From positions 171,084 through 235,083 of the forward strand of contig VJWM01000249.1 in NCBI GenBank assembly GCA_010909165.1: 64,000 nt of DNA, in the 5' to 3' direction. A program made the translations under genes and the position numbers. Each line of letters starts with the position of its first letter. Positions within the stretch are counted from its first letter, which is position 1. The notes under the pieces were generated by a model, which was not told where the DNA came from, did no database searches, and saw only the letters and a program-made list of their open reading frames with translations. Source of the stretch: Anthoceros angustus. Its lineage: Eukaryota > Plantae > Anthocerotophyta. Below, piece by piece: positions 62,661-64,000 of the stretch.

Positions 62661-64000
62661 AGGCCAACAATGAAGTCTTACGCTTGGCCAAGAGGAGGAC
62701 ATTGGGTCCTCATGATGATGAGGAAGGAGTCAGCAGCATGAGGCCTCCGACTTTGACGAGGCCACAGGTGACATGACCCGAGGAGTCCGAGGAGACAAGA
62801 GATGGAGGGAGTCGCCGGGTGGAAGATGGGTAAAGCAAGGGGGGGGACAGCCCGCCTCACAGGGGTCACCCTACCATGGTAGGTGACCACTCACTGCGTA
62901 GTCCGGGCATCACCATGGTAGCCATTTCGTGTAGTCCGCTGCATCATCAGGGCAGCACGCAGGGAGCCGTCGGCCGCTGAGGCCCGGCCGTGAATGAAGG
63001 AGCCGGGGTCCGTGAGCATACCGGAGAAGAAGGCGAGGTGGTGGGAGAAACAACCCCACCGGAGGAGATCAAGGGCTGAGTCAAATCCGCCGAGGAAGGG
63101 GAGGGGAGAAAGTTCACCCCACGGCAAGGGAGGAGCCAGGCTGTGAGAGGAGACCAACGCAAAAAGGGCCCGGAGAAGTTAGTGGCAACATCGGTCGACA
63201 AGAGGGGAAGGGTCCTTCGAAGGAAATGCTCCATGATAGGTATGGACAAACCAAACAACAGGGAAGGAGCAAGAGGATCACCACCCGTGCAAATGAGGGA
63301 GAAGAAGGAGAAGGTGGGCCGACTACCATGGTAGGTAGTCACCACCCCGGTAGTCTCGCTGCACTCACTGCGGGTGCTGAAGGACGCCGCCAGTGGCGGG
63401 ATGGAAGAGGGCTCGCCCAGCGGAGGGGGCGCGATGTCGAGCCAAGAGGAACTGGCGCCCGCCGGAGAAGGAGGAAGGGGCAAAATGGTACTCGCCCCAC
63501 CAAATAGGAAGACGCCAAGATCTGGGAAGGGGCAAGAGCAAAAGGAGGGCAAAGGAGCCAATCCATAGAGGGAACGTCGCTATCCCAGAGGGTGAGGACT
63601 AGGTATGGTCAAAGACCATAAATGTTGGATGGAAGAATAGGAAGGATAGGCGATGTAGACTGACATTCTTTAAGGATGACCATAGGTGAAGTTATGAATA
63701 GAATTTATCTAGGATCGACAAGTTAGACTTAGATGCAGTGCCTTAAATGTCATGGTAGAAATAGTAAAATATTGGAAAAGGTGACTTGCACAGGCTCACC
63801 CAAGGGAGGTTGTATGGAAGGCCCCCTATAAGAGGAGGAGGATGACCACAAAGTAAAGTATCAAAGCACTGCTTCACACTGGGGCCTCGGCCTGTGAAGG
63901 AATTTCTCGCTGCTGTGAGCCAACGCAAGATCCCGGGTAGAGAGGAAGTCGTGGTGGCCTGTTGGTGGAGGACTTGCTCCCTGCAAGTGCCTAAACGAAG

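Overview
Eukaryotic land-plant genomic DNA, probably from a seed-free plant (inferred from short introns, GC-rich exons and the gene content). About 6-21 kb is a compact island of six genes: an alpha/beta hydrolase, an F-box protein, Kish/TMEM167, a DOG1-domain protein, a multi-TM (MASE1-like) hybrid histidine kinase, and a DOG1-ankyrin fusion. The rest is nested transposons. These include a Copia element (28063-52588, TSD CATCC) that holds a Gypsy element with ~4.4-kb LTRs (28783-43106, TSD ACCTT) and a probable solo LTR. There are also several other relics of the same Copia family, a 32-bp-TIR DNA element with a 4-bp TSD, and a gag/zinc-knuckle/PHD retroelement relic. The two most interesting signals are (i) a co-oriented DOG1-ANK / histidine kinase / DOG1 cluster and (ii) a Copia family carrying two extra conserved ORFs, one sense upstream of gag and one antisense with an AT-hook downstream of pol. 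All gene models and homologies were read by eye, without database searches.
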